Origin: Candidatus Woesearchaeota archaeon
GTDB taxonomy: Archaea > Nanobdellota > Nanobdellia > Pacearchaeales > UBA284
Assembly (NCBI GenBank): GCA_964396475.1
Contig: CAYNFE010000002.1
Coordinates: 40,306 to 104,305 of the forward strand
Direction: 5' to 3'
DNA: 64,000 nt
This document shows positions 54,311 to 64,000 of the stretch, piece after piece. The first letter of the stretch is position 1; each line of letters opens with the position of its first letter. The translations under genes and the position numbers were made by a program. The notes below the pieces were generated by a model. The model saw only the letters and a list, made by a program, of their open reading frames with translations, was not told the DNA's origin and did not search any database.

Positions 54311-54703
54311 TTGATTATACTCGTGTGTAAAATGATAGACTTATTTGATGAAATTGTAACATGCAGTCAGTGCGGTAAAAAAATGACTAAAAACAAGATA
54401 GTTAAGAATGGTTTTGAGATCAGAGTTCTTGAATGTCCTAAATGTAAGAAAAAGATTTATCATCCTGCTGACATTGAAGAATATAAAAGATTCAGTAGAT
54501 TAAAGCAAAGACCATTTTCTGTCAAATTAAGAATGGTTGGTAATAGTTATACAATAAGTATTCCTAGAGAAATAATTAATTTTCAAAGACAGATGCATAA
54601 AGAAATGGAAAAACATATGGATGACATGAATAAATTTGTAAGATTATGTATGGAAGGTCCTAAAAGAATATCTCTAAGTTTTGATGAAGAGGAGGAAGAA
54701 TAA
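54311..54703 (+). CDS. zinc-ribbon protein, hypothetical (co-oriented, overlapping start of cdc48)
   Basis: CSQCGKK...CPKCKKK C4 ribbon and an acidic C-terminus (DEEEEE). Overlaps cdc48 by 23 nt. Confidence 0.45.
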   Translation: MIILVCKMIDLFDEIVTCSQCGKKMTKNKIVKNGFEIRVLECPKCKKKIYHPADIEEYKRFSRLKQRPFSVKLRMVGNSYTISIPREIINFQRQMHKEMEKHMDDMNKFVRLCMEGPKRISLSFDEEEEE

Positions 54704-57014
54704 GATGATAACAAAAGCTAATGATAAGTTTGTTAAGTTGAAAGTAATGGAAGCGCTTCAAGAAGATGCTTACAAAGGAATTGCAAGAATAGATACTATT
54801 ACTATGAAGCAACTTGGTGTAAGACCAGGAGATGTAATTATTATTTCTGGCTCAAGAGAAACCATTGCTATAGTTGACAGAGCTTATCCTGTAGATGTTG
54901 GTGAGAAAATTATTAGAGTTGATGGTATAATTAGAAGAAATGCTAAGACTGGAATAGGAGAAATTGTAAATGTAATGAAAGCTGATGTTAAAGAAGCTAA
55001 GAAAGTTATCATAGCTCCTGCACGAAAAGGAATAATGATCAGAGCAGGACCAGGAGCAATAGAAAATTTTAAGAGAGGATTGCTTGGAAGAGCAGTTATG
55101 CAAGGCGATCTTGTCGTTATCGGCGGAGCAAAAAGAAGACAAGAATTAATGGCTTCTAGCTTTGAAGACTTGTTTGATATTTTTGGAGAAGCTTTTGGTG
55201 GATCAGGTAATTTTGGATTTCCTGGTTTTGATAATAAATTTGCTGTGGCTAATACCAGTCCTAAACAACCTGTAATAATCACTGAAACAACTGAATTAAT
55301 TCTTAATCCTAAAGCTGTTGATATAATTGAAGAGAGAGATCTTGAAGTAACTTATGAAGATATTGGTGGTTTGAAAGAAGAAGTTGAGAAGATTAGAGAA
55401 ATGGTTGAATTGCCTTTAAAACATCCAGAAATTTTCTCAAGATTAGGAATTGAACCACCTAAGGGTGTGCTATTATTTGGACCTCCTGGTTGTGGTAAAA
55501 CTTTGTTAGCTAAGGCTGTTGCAACTGAAAGTGAGGCAAATTTTATCTTGCTGAATGGGCCAGAGATTATGAGTAAGTTTTATGGAGAGAGTGAGAAGAG
55601 AATCAGAGATTTATTTGATCAGGCTGAAAAAAATGCTCCAAGTATTATTTTTATTGATGAATTAGATGCAATTGCTTCAAAAAGAGATGAAAGTTTTGGA
55701 GAAGTTGAAAGAAGAGTTGTATCCCAACTTCTTACTTGTATGGATGGTCTAAAGACTAGGGGTAAAGTTGTTGTTATTGGAGCCACTAACATACCTAATT
55801 CTATTGATCCTGCATTGCGTAGACCAGGTAGATTTGATAGAGAAGTAGGTATTGGTGTGCCAGACAAGAAAGGTAGGTTAGAGATATTAAAAATTCATAC
55901 TAGAAATATGCCTCTCACAAAAGATGTTGATTTAAAAGAGTTTGCTGGAATAACTCATGGTTTTGTTGGAGCTGATTTATCTGCCCTATGCAAAGAGGCT
56001 GCCATGACTGTACTTAGAAGATTATTACCTAGAATAAAACTTAAAGAAGACGAACCAATTCCAAAAGACCTGCTTGACAAACTTAAAGTTACAAAAAAAG
56101 ATTTTAGAGAGGGATTGAAATTTGTACAGCCTAGTGCTATGAGAGAAGTTTTGGTTGAATCACCTAATGTTAGATGGGAAGATCTTGGTGGTTTAGAGAC
56201 AGCAAAACAAGAATTAAAAGAGGCTATAGAATGGCCATTGAAATATCCTGATTCATTCAAAAAAATTGGAATAAGTCCTCCTCAAGGAATCCTCCTTTAC
56301 GGGCCCCCAGGGACTGGTAAAACTCTCCTTGCGAAAGCAGTAGCTACAGAAAGCGAATCAAATTTCATACAGATAAAGGGCCCTTCACTCCTTAGCATGT
56401 GGGTGGGTAAGAGTGAAGAAGGAGTAAGGAAGATTTTTGAAAGAGCTAAACAGGTTGCTCCATGTATAATCTTTTTCGATGAGATAGATGCACTAGCTGG
56501 CAGAAGAGGAGTGGAGATGGGAACAAGAGTTACTGAGCGAGTTTTAAATCAATTGCTGGCAGAAATGGATGGTATTGAAAATTTACATGATATTGTTGTT
56601 ATTGGCGCAACAAATCGTCCAGACATGTTAGATCCAGCATTATTAAGACCAGGCAGGTTTGATAGGATTATTTATACTAGTGCTCCAAATGCATGGGAAA
56701 GATTAGAAATCTTTAAAGTTCATACAAAAAAAATGCCTCTTACTAGGGATGTTAACCTAAAATTATTAGCACAAAAAGCATCTAGTTATAGTGGGGCTGA
56801 TATTGAAGCAGTTTGCAGAGAGGCTGGAATGTTAGCTTTGAGAGAAAAAATCAATGCTAAAGAAGTAAAGAAGAAACATTTTGAACAGGCTATGAAAAAA
56901 TTTGGTGGCAGTATAACAGAAGAAGTAGTAAAGAGATATAAAGAAATAGAAAGAACTTATCTGAGAAGTGCTGGAGTAAATTTAGAAAAACCTAATCAGA
57001 GATATACTGGTTAA
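54681..57014 (+). CDS. cdc48: Cdc48/VCP-like AAA+ ATPase (N-domain plus two AAA domains)
   Basis: Two Walker A/B sets (GPPGCGKT...FIDELDA and GPPGTGKT...FFDEIDA) plus SRH regions. N-terminal double-psi barrel-type domain ([19 protein letters not shown]). Confidence 0.9.
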   Translation: MMKRRKNKMITKANDKFVKLKVMEALQEDAYKGIARIDTITMKQLGVRPGDVIIISGSRETIAIVDRAYPVDVGEKIIRVDGIIRRNAKTGIGEIVNVMKADVKEAKKVIIAPARKGIMIRAGPGAIENFKRGLLGRAVMQGDLVVIGGAKRRQELMASSFEDLFDIFGEAFGGSGNFGFPGFDNKFAVANTSPKQPVIITETTELILNPKAVDIIEERDLEVTYEDIGGLKEEVEKIREMVELPLKHPEIFSRLGIEPPKGVLLFGPPGCGKTLLAKAVATESEANFILLNGPEIMSKFYGESEKRIRDLFDQAEKNAPSIIFIDELDAIASKRDESFGEVERRVVSQLLTCMDGLKTRGKVVVIGATNIPNSIDPALRRPGRFDREVGIGVPDKKGRLEILKIHTRNMPLTKDVDLKEFAGITHGFVGADLSALCKEAAMTVLRRLLPRIKLKEDEPIPKDLLDKLKVTKKDFREGLKFVQPSAMREVLVESPNVRWEDLGGLETAKQELKEAIEWPLKYPDSFKKIGISPPQGILLYGPPGTGKTLLAKAVATESESNFIQIKGPSLLSMWVGKSEEGVRKIFERAKQVAPCIIFFDEIDALAGRRGVEMGTRVTERVLNQLLAEMDGIENLHDIVVIGATNRPDMLDPALLRPGRFDRIIYTSAPNAWERLEIFKVHTKKMPLTRDVNLKLLAQKASSYSGADIEAVCREAGMLALREKINAKEVKKKHFEQAMKKFGGSITEEVVKRYKEIERTYLRSAGVNLEKPNQRYTG

Positions 57015-57152
57015 GTTTATAGTGTGAATTAAATTCTTTTTTAATATCTTCTATGTTGACTTCTTTTTTCTCTGGTTTTTCTTTTCCATAAAAAAGTATG
57101 TATAATCTACATGCCATCTCATCTAACCACTTTGTAAGTCCCATTTTATTTT

Positions 57153-58046
57153 TTATTCTCCTGTCAAAACCTCACAACCATCTTTAGTGATAAGAATAGT
57201 ATGTTCAGCCTGACTTACTGGGGCTTTTGTCTTCTCGATTAATTGATTAAAATGATGTAATGATCCTGATTGTTCTAATAATCTGAGAGAAAAAAGAGCA
57301 CGAGTTCCAAACTTTTTAACTAACCATCGCGAAGAGAAAGGTAATTCTTTATATTCTTCTTCAATAAATTCAAGAATTTTTCTAGCATTCATATCTCTGG
57401 TTGGTTCGTGAGCTGTTAATTTGTAGATTCCACTCTGTCTTCCATCCTGGACTATTCCTTCTCCACTTGTAGCAAATGGTTCTATTGCAAGAAGCATTCC
57501 TTCTTTTAATTTTGTGGTGTTACCATTATCATAATTTGGAATTGTTAAACCAGAATGAAGTTTCCAGGGTTTGAGCTCATGACCACTTAAATTTCTGACA
57601 GAAGCTAAATTATAAGTAGAGATAGTATCCTGAATTATTTTTCCAATCTCCATTAACATAATTCCAGGCCTAATTATTTTAATAGCTTCTTTAAGAGCAT
57701 ATTTAGATGCTAAAATAAGATCTTTGTATTTTTGTTCTGATGTTAAATCTAGAGAACAGGCCATATCTGAAATATAACCATTGATATTGACACCTAAATC
57801 TACTTTTATTAATCCAAAAGCTTTAGTTTCATCATTATGTAAAGGACTTGAGTGAGCCGCAATTTCATTTATACTTAGATTTATTGGAAAAGCATTTGTT
57901 GCCTTGAGATCAGAAATCTTTTTTTCCACTTTTTCTGCTATCTCAAGCAATGGCATTTCTGGCTTGACAATTTTTTTAGCATAAGCCATAACTTCTGCTC
58001 CAAGTTTACCAGCTTTTTTCCACTTTTCTAGTTCACTCTTTTCCAT
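57153..58046 (-). CDS. map: methionine aminopeptidase (type 2, archaeal form)
   Basis: 297 aa, MEKSELEKWKKAGKLGAEVMAYAKK... with the pita-bread metal-ligand pattern (D...D...H...E...E). The size and spacing are typical of archaeal MetAP2. Confidence 0.8.
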   Translation of the reverse strand: MEKSELEKWKKAGKLGAEVMAYAKKIVKPEMPLLEIAEKVEKKISDLKATNAFPINLSINEIAAHSSPLHNDETKAFGLIKVDLGVNINGYISDMACSLDLTSEQKYKDLILASKYALKEAIKIIRPGIMLMEIGKIIQDTISTYNLASVRNLSGHELKPWKLHSGLTIPNYDNGNTTKLKEGMLLAIEPFATSGEGIVQDGRQSGIYKLTAHEPTRDMNARKILEFIEEEYKELPFSSRWLVKKFGTRALFSLRLLEQSGSLHHFNQLIEKTKAPVSQAEHTILITKDGCEVLTGE

Positions 58047-58093
58047 AAATATTAAAGAAATAAAAGATTTATAAAATTATAGAAAATTAGAAA

Positions 58094-59116
58094 TTAAGCA
58101 GTCCAGACTGTATTTCTTCCCATTTCTTTTGCTTTATAAAGAGCAGCATCGATTCTTTTAATAAATTGATCTCTTTTTTCTTTTTTCTTTCTCTTACCAA
58201 CCCCAAATGAAGCTGTAGTTGTTCTTTTTGCCTTCTCTGGATAAAAAGACTCAATTTCTTTTCTCATAGATTCAGCTAATTTTACTGCTTCTGCAAAACT
58301 TGAATTTATAATGATTGCAAATTCCTCTCCACCATAACGGCATGCTTTTGCTTTTTTTGCCTTCTTTTGTAAAGATTTTCCTAAATTAGCCAAAAGCTTG
58401 TCTCCTTCTACATGACCATATGTATCATTATAGCTTTTGAAAAAATCCAAATCAAGAATTATTAAAGATGGATGTTTGTTATTCTCAATTTCTTTTTCTA
58501 GCATTGTTATAAAATATCTTTTATTGTATAATCCTGTAAGTTCATCAACAATTGCTCTCTTAGCTTCTTTTCCATAAAGCTTGCTGTAAAGTTTGACAAT
58601 TTTCCTTTCTTTATCATCTGCTGTTTGCTTAAGTCTAGAATGTTGGATTGCTATAGCTGTCTGGACAGCGATAGCATTTAGAACCTTAAATGTATTAATT
58701 TTAAAATTTCTGTATTGTGCCATTATAATTATTGTTCCTATAGGACCAGAATAAGACATTAGTGGAGCAGAAATCATGCTTATCACTCCAAAATTTCTAA
58801 GTCTTGTATTAGGACGAGTTTGTTTTAGGAAGATTGGTGATGCATTTTTAATAGTATCTTCAGAAATAATTTTTAAAAGTTCTTCAAATTCTGGATGTAG
58901 ATTATCTTTTAAAGGACTTTTAATCTCAATTTTTTCTTTATTTTCAAGAGCCATAAAAACTAAAGCAACTCTTAATTCTTTATTAATAATCCTAACTACT
59001 TTTGTGATAAGTACATCTAAATTATCTGTAGAATTAATAGCTCTAGAGATTGTTTTTAGTATCCTAAGTTCTTTAGTTGTATGAACCAGTTTTCTGACTA
59101 CTTCTTCATTTGCCAT
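58094..59116 (-). CDS. GAF-GGDEF protein (diguanylate cyclase, intact GGEEF active site)
   Basis: The C-terminal domain DELTGLYNKRYF...LDLDFFKSYNDTYGHVEGDKLL...RYGGEEFAII...ASFGV...RIDAALYKAKEMGRNTV is a canonical GGDEF domain. The N-terminal ~170 aa are GAF-like. No RxxD I-site lies just upstream of GGEEF. Confidence 0.75.
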   Translation of the reverse strand: MANEEVVRKLVHTTKELRILKTISRAINSTDNLDVLITKVVRIINKELRVALVFMALENKEKIEIKSPLKDNLHPEFEELLKIISEDTIKNASPIFLKQTRPNTRLRNFGVISMISAPLMSYSGPIGTIIIMAQYRNFKINTFKVLNAIAVQTAIAIQHSRLKQTADDKERKIVKLYSKLYGKEAKRAIVDELTGLYNKRYFITMLEKEIENNKHPSLIILDLDFFKSYNDTYGHVEGDKLLANLGKSLQKKAKKAKACRYGGEEFAIIINSSFAEAVKLAESMRKEIESFYPEKAKRTTTASFGVGKRKKKEKRDQFIKRIDAALYKAKEMGRNTVWTA

Positions 59117-59174
59117 GAAAACTAGAGGAAAAAAGAGTTTTTAAACTTTACGATTTGTCACCATTGTATAGTCA

Positions 59175-59624
59175 TCACAAAATCCTTCTCTCTTTCGGTA
59201 CGAAATTAAGTATCTTTTTTTCAGTAGCCTTACCACATCCAAGAATATCTAAGCCATTTCTAATAATAAAATACCCTCTAAATCCTGTAATTTTATCTAA
59301 ATCTTGGCCTTGAAGCCATTTTCTAGCTTCAGAGACATTCAAATCAATAACATTCTTAGCTTTCTGCCCAAATAAGATAGCAGAATCAAAACTAAGTCTA
59401 AATTCTGGAGTTTTGAAAAAAGCAAAATATAAACCAAAAGTATCTATAGTTAGAATTTTATCCAGAATTTTTAAATCTTGAGCACTAAGATTGCCTGTAA
59501 ACATTCTTATCTTATCTTTTCCTGCTTTGATAAGATGATATTTGAATGGAATTTTTATCCCATAATCTTTCTCAAGTAGATTTTCTATTTCTTTTCTTTT
59601 ATTTCTTTTTAGTATTTCTATCAT
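59175..59624 (-). CDS. hypothetical protein, translationally coupled (4-nt overlap) to the Nop2/Sun methyltransferase
   Basis: 149-aa ORF. Possibly an RNA-binding partner; no motif recognised. Confidence 0.35.
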   Translation of the reverse strand: MIEILKRNKRKEIENLLEKDYGIKIPFKYHLIKAGKDKIRMFTGNLSAQDLKILDKILTIDTFGLYFAFFKTPEFRLSFDSAILFGQKAKNVIDLNVSEARKWLQGQDLDKITGFRGYFIIRNGLDILGCGKATEKKILNFVPKERRIL

Positions 59625-60565
59625 CTTATTTTCCTTAGCTTAGCTATAAAAAAACCTTCTGTGTCATTATCTTGAGGCCAGATTCTATGACAATTTTTTA
59701 TCTGTTCATCAAATTTTTGACCTTGCCATTCTGTAATTCCAGGACGGGTTTTTAGAGGTAATTTAATTTTTTCGATCTTAACATCAAAATTTTTTAGTGC
59801 ATAATCTATTACAGATTCATTTTCTTCTGGTGTAAGTGTACAAGTTGAATAAACTAATGTACCTTGAGGTTTTAGACATTCTATAGCATTTGAAATTAAT
59901 TTTTTTTGCAAAGCGCTTAATCTTTTAATCATATTAATATTCCACATTTTAAGAGTTAAAGGATCATCTCTGATTGTTCCCTCTCCTGAACATGGAGCAT
60001 CAACAAGAATTTTATCAAAAAAGAATCCAGATCTGGCTAGCTTCTTACATAATACAAGAGCATTCATTCTTGTGACTATTGTATTCATGATACCACATCT
60101 CTCAAGATTTGAAACTAAAGCCTTAAGTCTGTCTATTCTAACATCATTTGCTATTATTGTTCCTTGATTTTTCATTAACATGGCCATCTCTGTAGTCTTA
60201 CTCCCCGGAGCAGCACAACAATCAAGCACTATGTCTTGAGATTTAGGATCTAGAGCAAGAGGAGGCATCATACTTGAAAGTTCTTGTACATAATAATAAC
60301 CAAGTTTATGTTCGAGAGATTTTCCTAATTCTCCTGGTAAAAGTTTTGATTTTAAAACTATGGCTTCTGGAAAGTTCTTGCTCTTTAAGGGTTGTTCAAT
60401 CTTCCATCTCTTTTCAAGTCTTTTTTTCAGCTCAATTATAGACAGTTTTATTGTATTTGCACGAATAGAGCGTCGAAGAGGTTTCTTTGTATATTTAAAA
60501 AATAAGTCTGATTCAGAACCAAGCAAAGTCTTAATTCTCTCGGTAAAAAGCTGTTTTGGCTCCAT
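59621..60565 (-). CDS. NOL1/NOP2/Sun-family RNA (cytosine-C5)-methyltransferase
   Basis: DCCAAPGSKTT (SAM motif I), DAPCSGEGT (motif IV with catalytic Cys) and STCT (motif VI Cys). Confidence 0.8.
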   Translation of the reverse strand: MEPKQLFTERIKTLLGSESDLFFKYTKKPLRRSIRANTIKLSIIELKKRLEKRWKIEQPLKSKNFPEAIVLKSKLLPGELGKSLEHKLGYYYVQELSSMMPPLALDPKSQDIVLDCCAAPGSKTTEMAMLMKNQGTIIANDVRIDRLKALVSNLERCGIMNTIVTRMNALVLCKKLARSGFFFDKILVDAPCSGEGTIRDDPLTLKMWNINMIKRLSALQKKLISNAIECLKPQGTLVYSTCTLTPEENESVIDYALKNFDVKIEKIKLPLKTRPGITEWQGQKFDEQIKNCHRIWPQDNDTEGFFIAKLRKIR

Positions 60566-60615
60566 CTTTAGTCAAGGAGGTTAAAATTTATAAACCTTCT
60601 TTTCGTGGTTTATAG

Positions 60616-60849
60616 ATGAGAACAAGAACTTTAAATCAACTCATCGACGGATTGGAGAAGATAGGTGTAAGAGTAAAAAGAATTAACCCAACTCACGTAG
60701 CAGAACTCTATAAAGGAAAAAATTACCTAGGTAAGATTACAAAAAAAAGAGGAGTTCATGCAGTTAATTGGGGTAAAAAAGCCAAAATTTTACCTTACCA
60801 AGATATAGTTAGATTCATTGCTAGAAGTGGTTATGATATAAATTTTTAA
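60616..60849 (+). CDS. small basic hypothetical protein
   Basis: 77-aa ORF. Confidence 0.3.
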   Translation: MRTRTLNQLIDGLEKIGVRVKRINPTHVAELYKGKNYLGKITKKRGVHAVNWGKKAKILPYQDIVRFIARSGYDINF

Positions 60850-61088
60850 TCTTTTATTTTATCTTTTTTTTCTTTTCTTTTAATCTCATTTAGATCTATT
60901 TCAGGAAAAGAATAACCGCGATAGCCACAATCCATACATCTATAAACTGTGGGAAGGCCAAGAGCAGTAAGACCGCTGAGACCCCCTTGATGGCTTATCT
61001 GAACGTTGATACTCTGACATCTAGGACATATCTTTACATATTTTGGGCCTTGTTTCTTAGTCTTATTTTTTTTCTTGAATGGCCACAT
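60846..61088 (-). CDS. zinc-ribbon small protein, hypothetical
   Basis: CPRCQS...CMDCG C4 ribbon. 80 aa. Confidence 0.35.
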   Translation of the reverse strand: MWPFKKKNKTKKQGPKYVKICPRCQSINVQISHQGGLSGLTALGLPTVYRCMDCGYRGYSFPEIDLNEIKRKEKKDKIKD

Positions 61089-61218
61089 GAAAAGATAAGA
61101 GAGAAGAGATTTAATAAATTAACTAAAAACCAGAAGCAAACAGAAAGCCATTTTTTATTAAAAAAATTTAAAAATTTCACTAGCATAATTTTAAAAATTA
61201 TGTCTGCTTTTCCTCAAT

Positions 61219-62721
61219 ATGGGTTTTTTAGATTTTTTTAAAATAAGGGAGAAAGAAGAGAAAGTTGAAAAAATAAAACTAGAGGATTTAGAAGGATGGA
61301 TTCTTGATAAAAAAGAAAAAGTTGAAAATAAAAAAAATATTGTTTCTAATTTAATTAAAGAAAAAATCATCCGGTTAATCCAAGAATTAAGAGAGGAAAT
61401 AGAAACTCTAGAAAAAATAGATTTAAAAGAAATGAAAGTAGAAGAAAAAACAAAATTTATAGTCAAAGAAAATCTAAATAGTTATATTAAATATCTTAGA
61501 GAACTAATAACAAATCTTAAAAACTTAGAAAATCAAAAATTTGATGACTTAATAGAAAAAATAAATTCAACTTTTTTTAATTTTAATAAAAAATCTTCAA
61601 TAAGTTTCCAAAAAGCAACCTTCTTAATAGGGGAAGAATTAGGTATGGTAAAAAAAAGCTTAAATTATTTTTTGAAAAACACTGATAATATCATTAAAAA
61701 AAATAAAAATTTAATTAATCTTTCTAAAACGATAGATTCTGCTGAAAATAATCTCAAAGAAATTAATGAAATCCAAAAATTTAAGTATGGGATTGAAGAC
61801 AATATTAAGGAACTTGAACAAAAAATAAATAATCTAAAAAACAAAACTGAAAAAGTAGAAGAAGAAATTGATAATATCAAACAAAGTAAAGAATATTTGA
61901 AAGAAAAAGAGAAAGAAAAAGAGATTGAGATAAAAAAAGAAGAGTTAAAAAAAAGAATTTTTGAATTAAGAGCGATGATAGATTTTAAATTTTTAGCTAA
62001 TGTTTTTCATAGCAATAAAAAAAAGATGGGTATTATAAAAGAATGCAAAGAAAATTTTCCAGAAAATTTTTTGACGAATCTTCAAAATAAAAAAACAAAA
62101 ATTATTGATTTACTTAAAGAAGCTAAAGCAAAAAATGAAGAAAAAGTGTTAAAAAAAATAAAAGAAATAGCTGAAAAAGAACAAGAGATAAACAAAAGCT
62201 CTTTTAAAAAAAATAAAATCAAAGAAATAAAAAATTTAAATTTTGAAATAAAAAATACAGAATCAAAAATTGAAGAATTAAGTTATAAAATAAATAAAGA
62301 GAAAAAGAAATATGAAAAGATTAAAAATGAAAAAGATATGTTAATAATTCTAATAAAAAACGAGCTTTTAGAAATAGGGATAGAATTAGAAATTGATGAA
62401 CAGCTTTCTTTAAATTCGGAAAATAAAAATTTAATTGAAACTAGAACTATTAAAATATTATTATTCACTTCATCAACTTGCCCACACTGTCCACAAGCAG
62501 AAAATGTTGTAAAAAAAGTTGCCCCTTATTATAAAGATAGATTACAATTTGAAAAGATTAGAATAAGAACTAATAAGGGAAAACAACTCTCTATTGAATT
62601 TAATATAATGTCAACTCCAACAATTTTAATATTAGTTGATGGAATTGAAAAAAAGAGAATTATTGGAGTACCAAGTGAAGATAATTTTAAAAATATGATT
62701 GAAAAAGAATTCTTGTCTTGA
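61219..62721 (+). CDS. long Lys/Glu-rich coiled-coil protein with C-terminal thioredoxin/glutaredoxin-fold domain
   Basis: The first ~400 aa are heptad-rich low complexity. The last ~90 aa are LLFTSSTCPHCPQAENVV...STPTILIL (CPHC redox motif in a thioredoxin-fold context). Confidence 0.55.
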   Translation: MGFLDFFKIREKEEKVEKIKLEDLEGWILDKKEKVENKKNIVSNLIKEKIIRLIQELREEIETLEKIDLKEMKVEEKTKFIVKENLNSYIKYLRELITNLKNLENQKFDDLIEKINSTFFNFNKKSSISFQKATFLIGEELGMVKKSLNYFLKNTDNIIKKNKNLINLSKTIDSAENNLKEINEIQKFKYGIEDNIKELEQKINNLKNKTEKVEEEIDNIKQSKEYLKEKEKEKEIEIKKEELKKRIFELRAMIDFKFLANVFHSNKKKMGIIKECKENFPENFLTNLQNKKTKIIDLLKEAKAKNEEKVLKKIKEIAEKEQEINKSSFKKNKIKEIKNLNFEIKNTESKIEELSYKINKEKKKYEKIKNEKDMLIILIKNELLEIGIELEIDEQLSLNSENKNLIETRTIKILLFTSSTCPHCPQAENVVKKVAPYYKDRLQFEKIRIRTNKGKQLSIEFNIMSTPTILILVDGIEKKRIIGVPSEDNFKNMIEKEFLS

Positions 62722-62859
62722 TAGGGGCACCGCTTAGTAGTAACAAATACAAATATTTATATAGTAAAAAAACATTCAGAGTAAGAGCATATGAGAGAGT
62801 GCTTGTTTTTTAAACATTTCGCTTTTTCTTAATAAGTGCTAATAATGAGGTAGAAATAA

Positions 62860-63999
62860 ATGAATATATTTGAAAAATTCGGATTAAGTAATACATTGCT
62901 TACAGCAATAAAGGGATTAGGAATTATTAAACCAACTCTAATTCAGGAGAAATCAATTCCATCAATTATGAGAGGTGAAGATGTGATAGGAGAATCTGCA
63001 ACTGGTTCAGGAAAAACACTAGCATTTGCCTGTGCTATTGTTGAACAAGTTATTCCAAAAAAAGGTTTACAAGCATTGATATTAACCCCTACTAGAGAGC
63101 TTGCAGAACAAGTAAAAAATGCATTAAAACAGTTTGCATTTCATAAAAATTTAAAGATTATTACTATTTATGGAGGTGTTTCAATTAATCCACAGATTCA
63201 TGGATTAGAATATGCAGATGTGGTTGTTGGAACCCCAGGGAGATTACTGGATCATCTTCAGCGAAGAACAATTAATACTTCAAAAATAAAGATTTTGGTT
63301 TTAGATGAAGCAGATCGTATGTTAGATATGGGATTTATTGATGATGTAGAAAGGATTATTAGGACTTGCCCAACTAAACGACAAACTTTATTTTTCTCAG
63401 CTACAATTTCAACAAGAATAAAGGAGTTAGCTAATAAATATATGAAAAAACCAATTAAAGTTTTAGTCAGAAATCAGGTTGATCCTAGTAAGCTTAAACA
63501 AGTTTATTATGATGTAGAAAAAAATATGAAGTTATCTTTACTTGTGCATTTATTAAAAAAAGAAAGATCAGGGCTGATTATGGTTTTTTGCAATACTAGG
63601 AGAACTACGGAGTTTGTTGTTAGAAATCTTAAAGCAAATAAAATTAGCGCAATTGCTATTCATGGTGGTTTGCCACAGAATAAACGAGCCAGAACAATTG
63701 AAATGTTTAATAACGCTAAAGTAAGAGTGTTAGTATGTACTGATGTTGCTGCACGAGGGCTGCACATTGCCAATGTTTCTCACATATATAATTATGACAT
63801 TCAAAAAGACCCAAAAGATTATATCCACAGGATAGGTAGAACAGCCAGAGCAGGAAAAGAGGGTATAGCAGTTAATCTTTTGTGCAATCATGATTATGAC
63901 AATTTTACACGATTACTTGATAATTATAGTAATTTTACAATCAAAAAAATGGATAAGATTCATGTAGAGAAAATAGTAATGGTCAGAAGTGATAACTGG
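62860..63999 (+). CDS. DEAD-box ATP-dependent RNA helicase (3'-partial; runs off the window)
   Basis: Hand-translated from ATG 62860 with GAGG 8-11 nt upstream. Q-motif region, motif I ESATGSGKT, Ia PTRELA, motif II VLDEADRM, motif III SAT, and motif VI HRIGRTARAG. No stop codon before position 64000. Confidence 0.85.
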   Translation, partial: MNIFEKFGLSNTLLTAIKGLGIIKPTLIQEKSIPSIMRGEDVIGESATGSGKTLAFACAIVEQVIPKKGLQALILTPTRELAEQVKNALKQFAFHKNLKIITIYGGVSINPQIHGLEYADVVVGTPGRLLDHLQRRTINTSKIKILVLDEADRMLDMGFIDDVERIIRTCPTKRQTLFFSATISTRIKELANKYMKKPIKVLVRNQVDPSKLKQVYYDVEKNMKLSLLVHLLKKERSGLIMVFCNTRRTTEFVVRNLKANKISAIAIHGGLPQNKRARTIEMFNNAKVRVLVCTDVAARGLHIANVSHIYNYDIQKDPKDYIHRIGRTARAGKEGIAVNLLCNHDYDNFTRLLDNYSNFTIKKMDKIHVEKIVMVRSDNW

Positions 64000-64000
64000 A

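Noticed and set aside
1-64000. CRISPR arrays and cas genes
   Set aside because: I scanned for regularly spaced direct repeats of 24-40 nt and found none. The only tandem repeats are an (ATTTTT)n terminator tract and the tRNA-fragment copies.

Overview
This window is AT-rich (about 30% GC), gene-dense, and almost certainly archaeal. Compact genes and several bacterial-type insertions suggest a small-genome DPANN-like archaeon; that placement is inference. Archaeal information-processing genes supported by motifs include family-B DNA polymerase, FEN-1, RNase HII, an RFC small/large subunit operon followed by SSB, RadB, type IA topoisomerase, Cdc48, archaeal MetAP, Elp3, ribosomal protein uS2 and an A1:U72 initiator tRNA. 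Seven tRNAs can be read directly: Thr-CGT, Ser-GCT, iMet-CAT, Glu-TTC, an intron-containing Ile-TAT, and Leu-TAA, plus a tRNA-like fragment. An SRP (7S) RNA with a conserved helix-8 motif lies just downstream of tRNA-Leu. A five-gene cluster of class-III-signal (type IV pilin-like) proteins follows the SRP RNA. The most unusual content is bacterial-type. This includes a GAF-GGDEF diguanylate cyclase, a lipoprotein signal peptidase II (LspA), an M23 peptidase and a LysM protein. It also includes bacterial-type LeuRS and a compact bacterial-type AlaRS. A ~1.8 kb islet is bracketed by repeated tRNA-Glu 3'-end fragments and looks like an integration scar; it carries an HNH-domain gene. A conserved-looking operon of unknown function pairs a large xylose-isomerase-like TIM-barrel protein, an E/K-rich protein and a 456-aa protein. 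Many genes have a TATA-like box about 25 nt upstream of the ATG, which suggests leaderless transcripts. No CRISPR array was seen.
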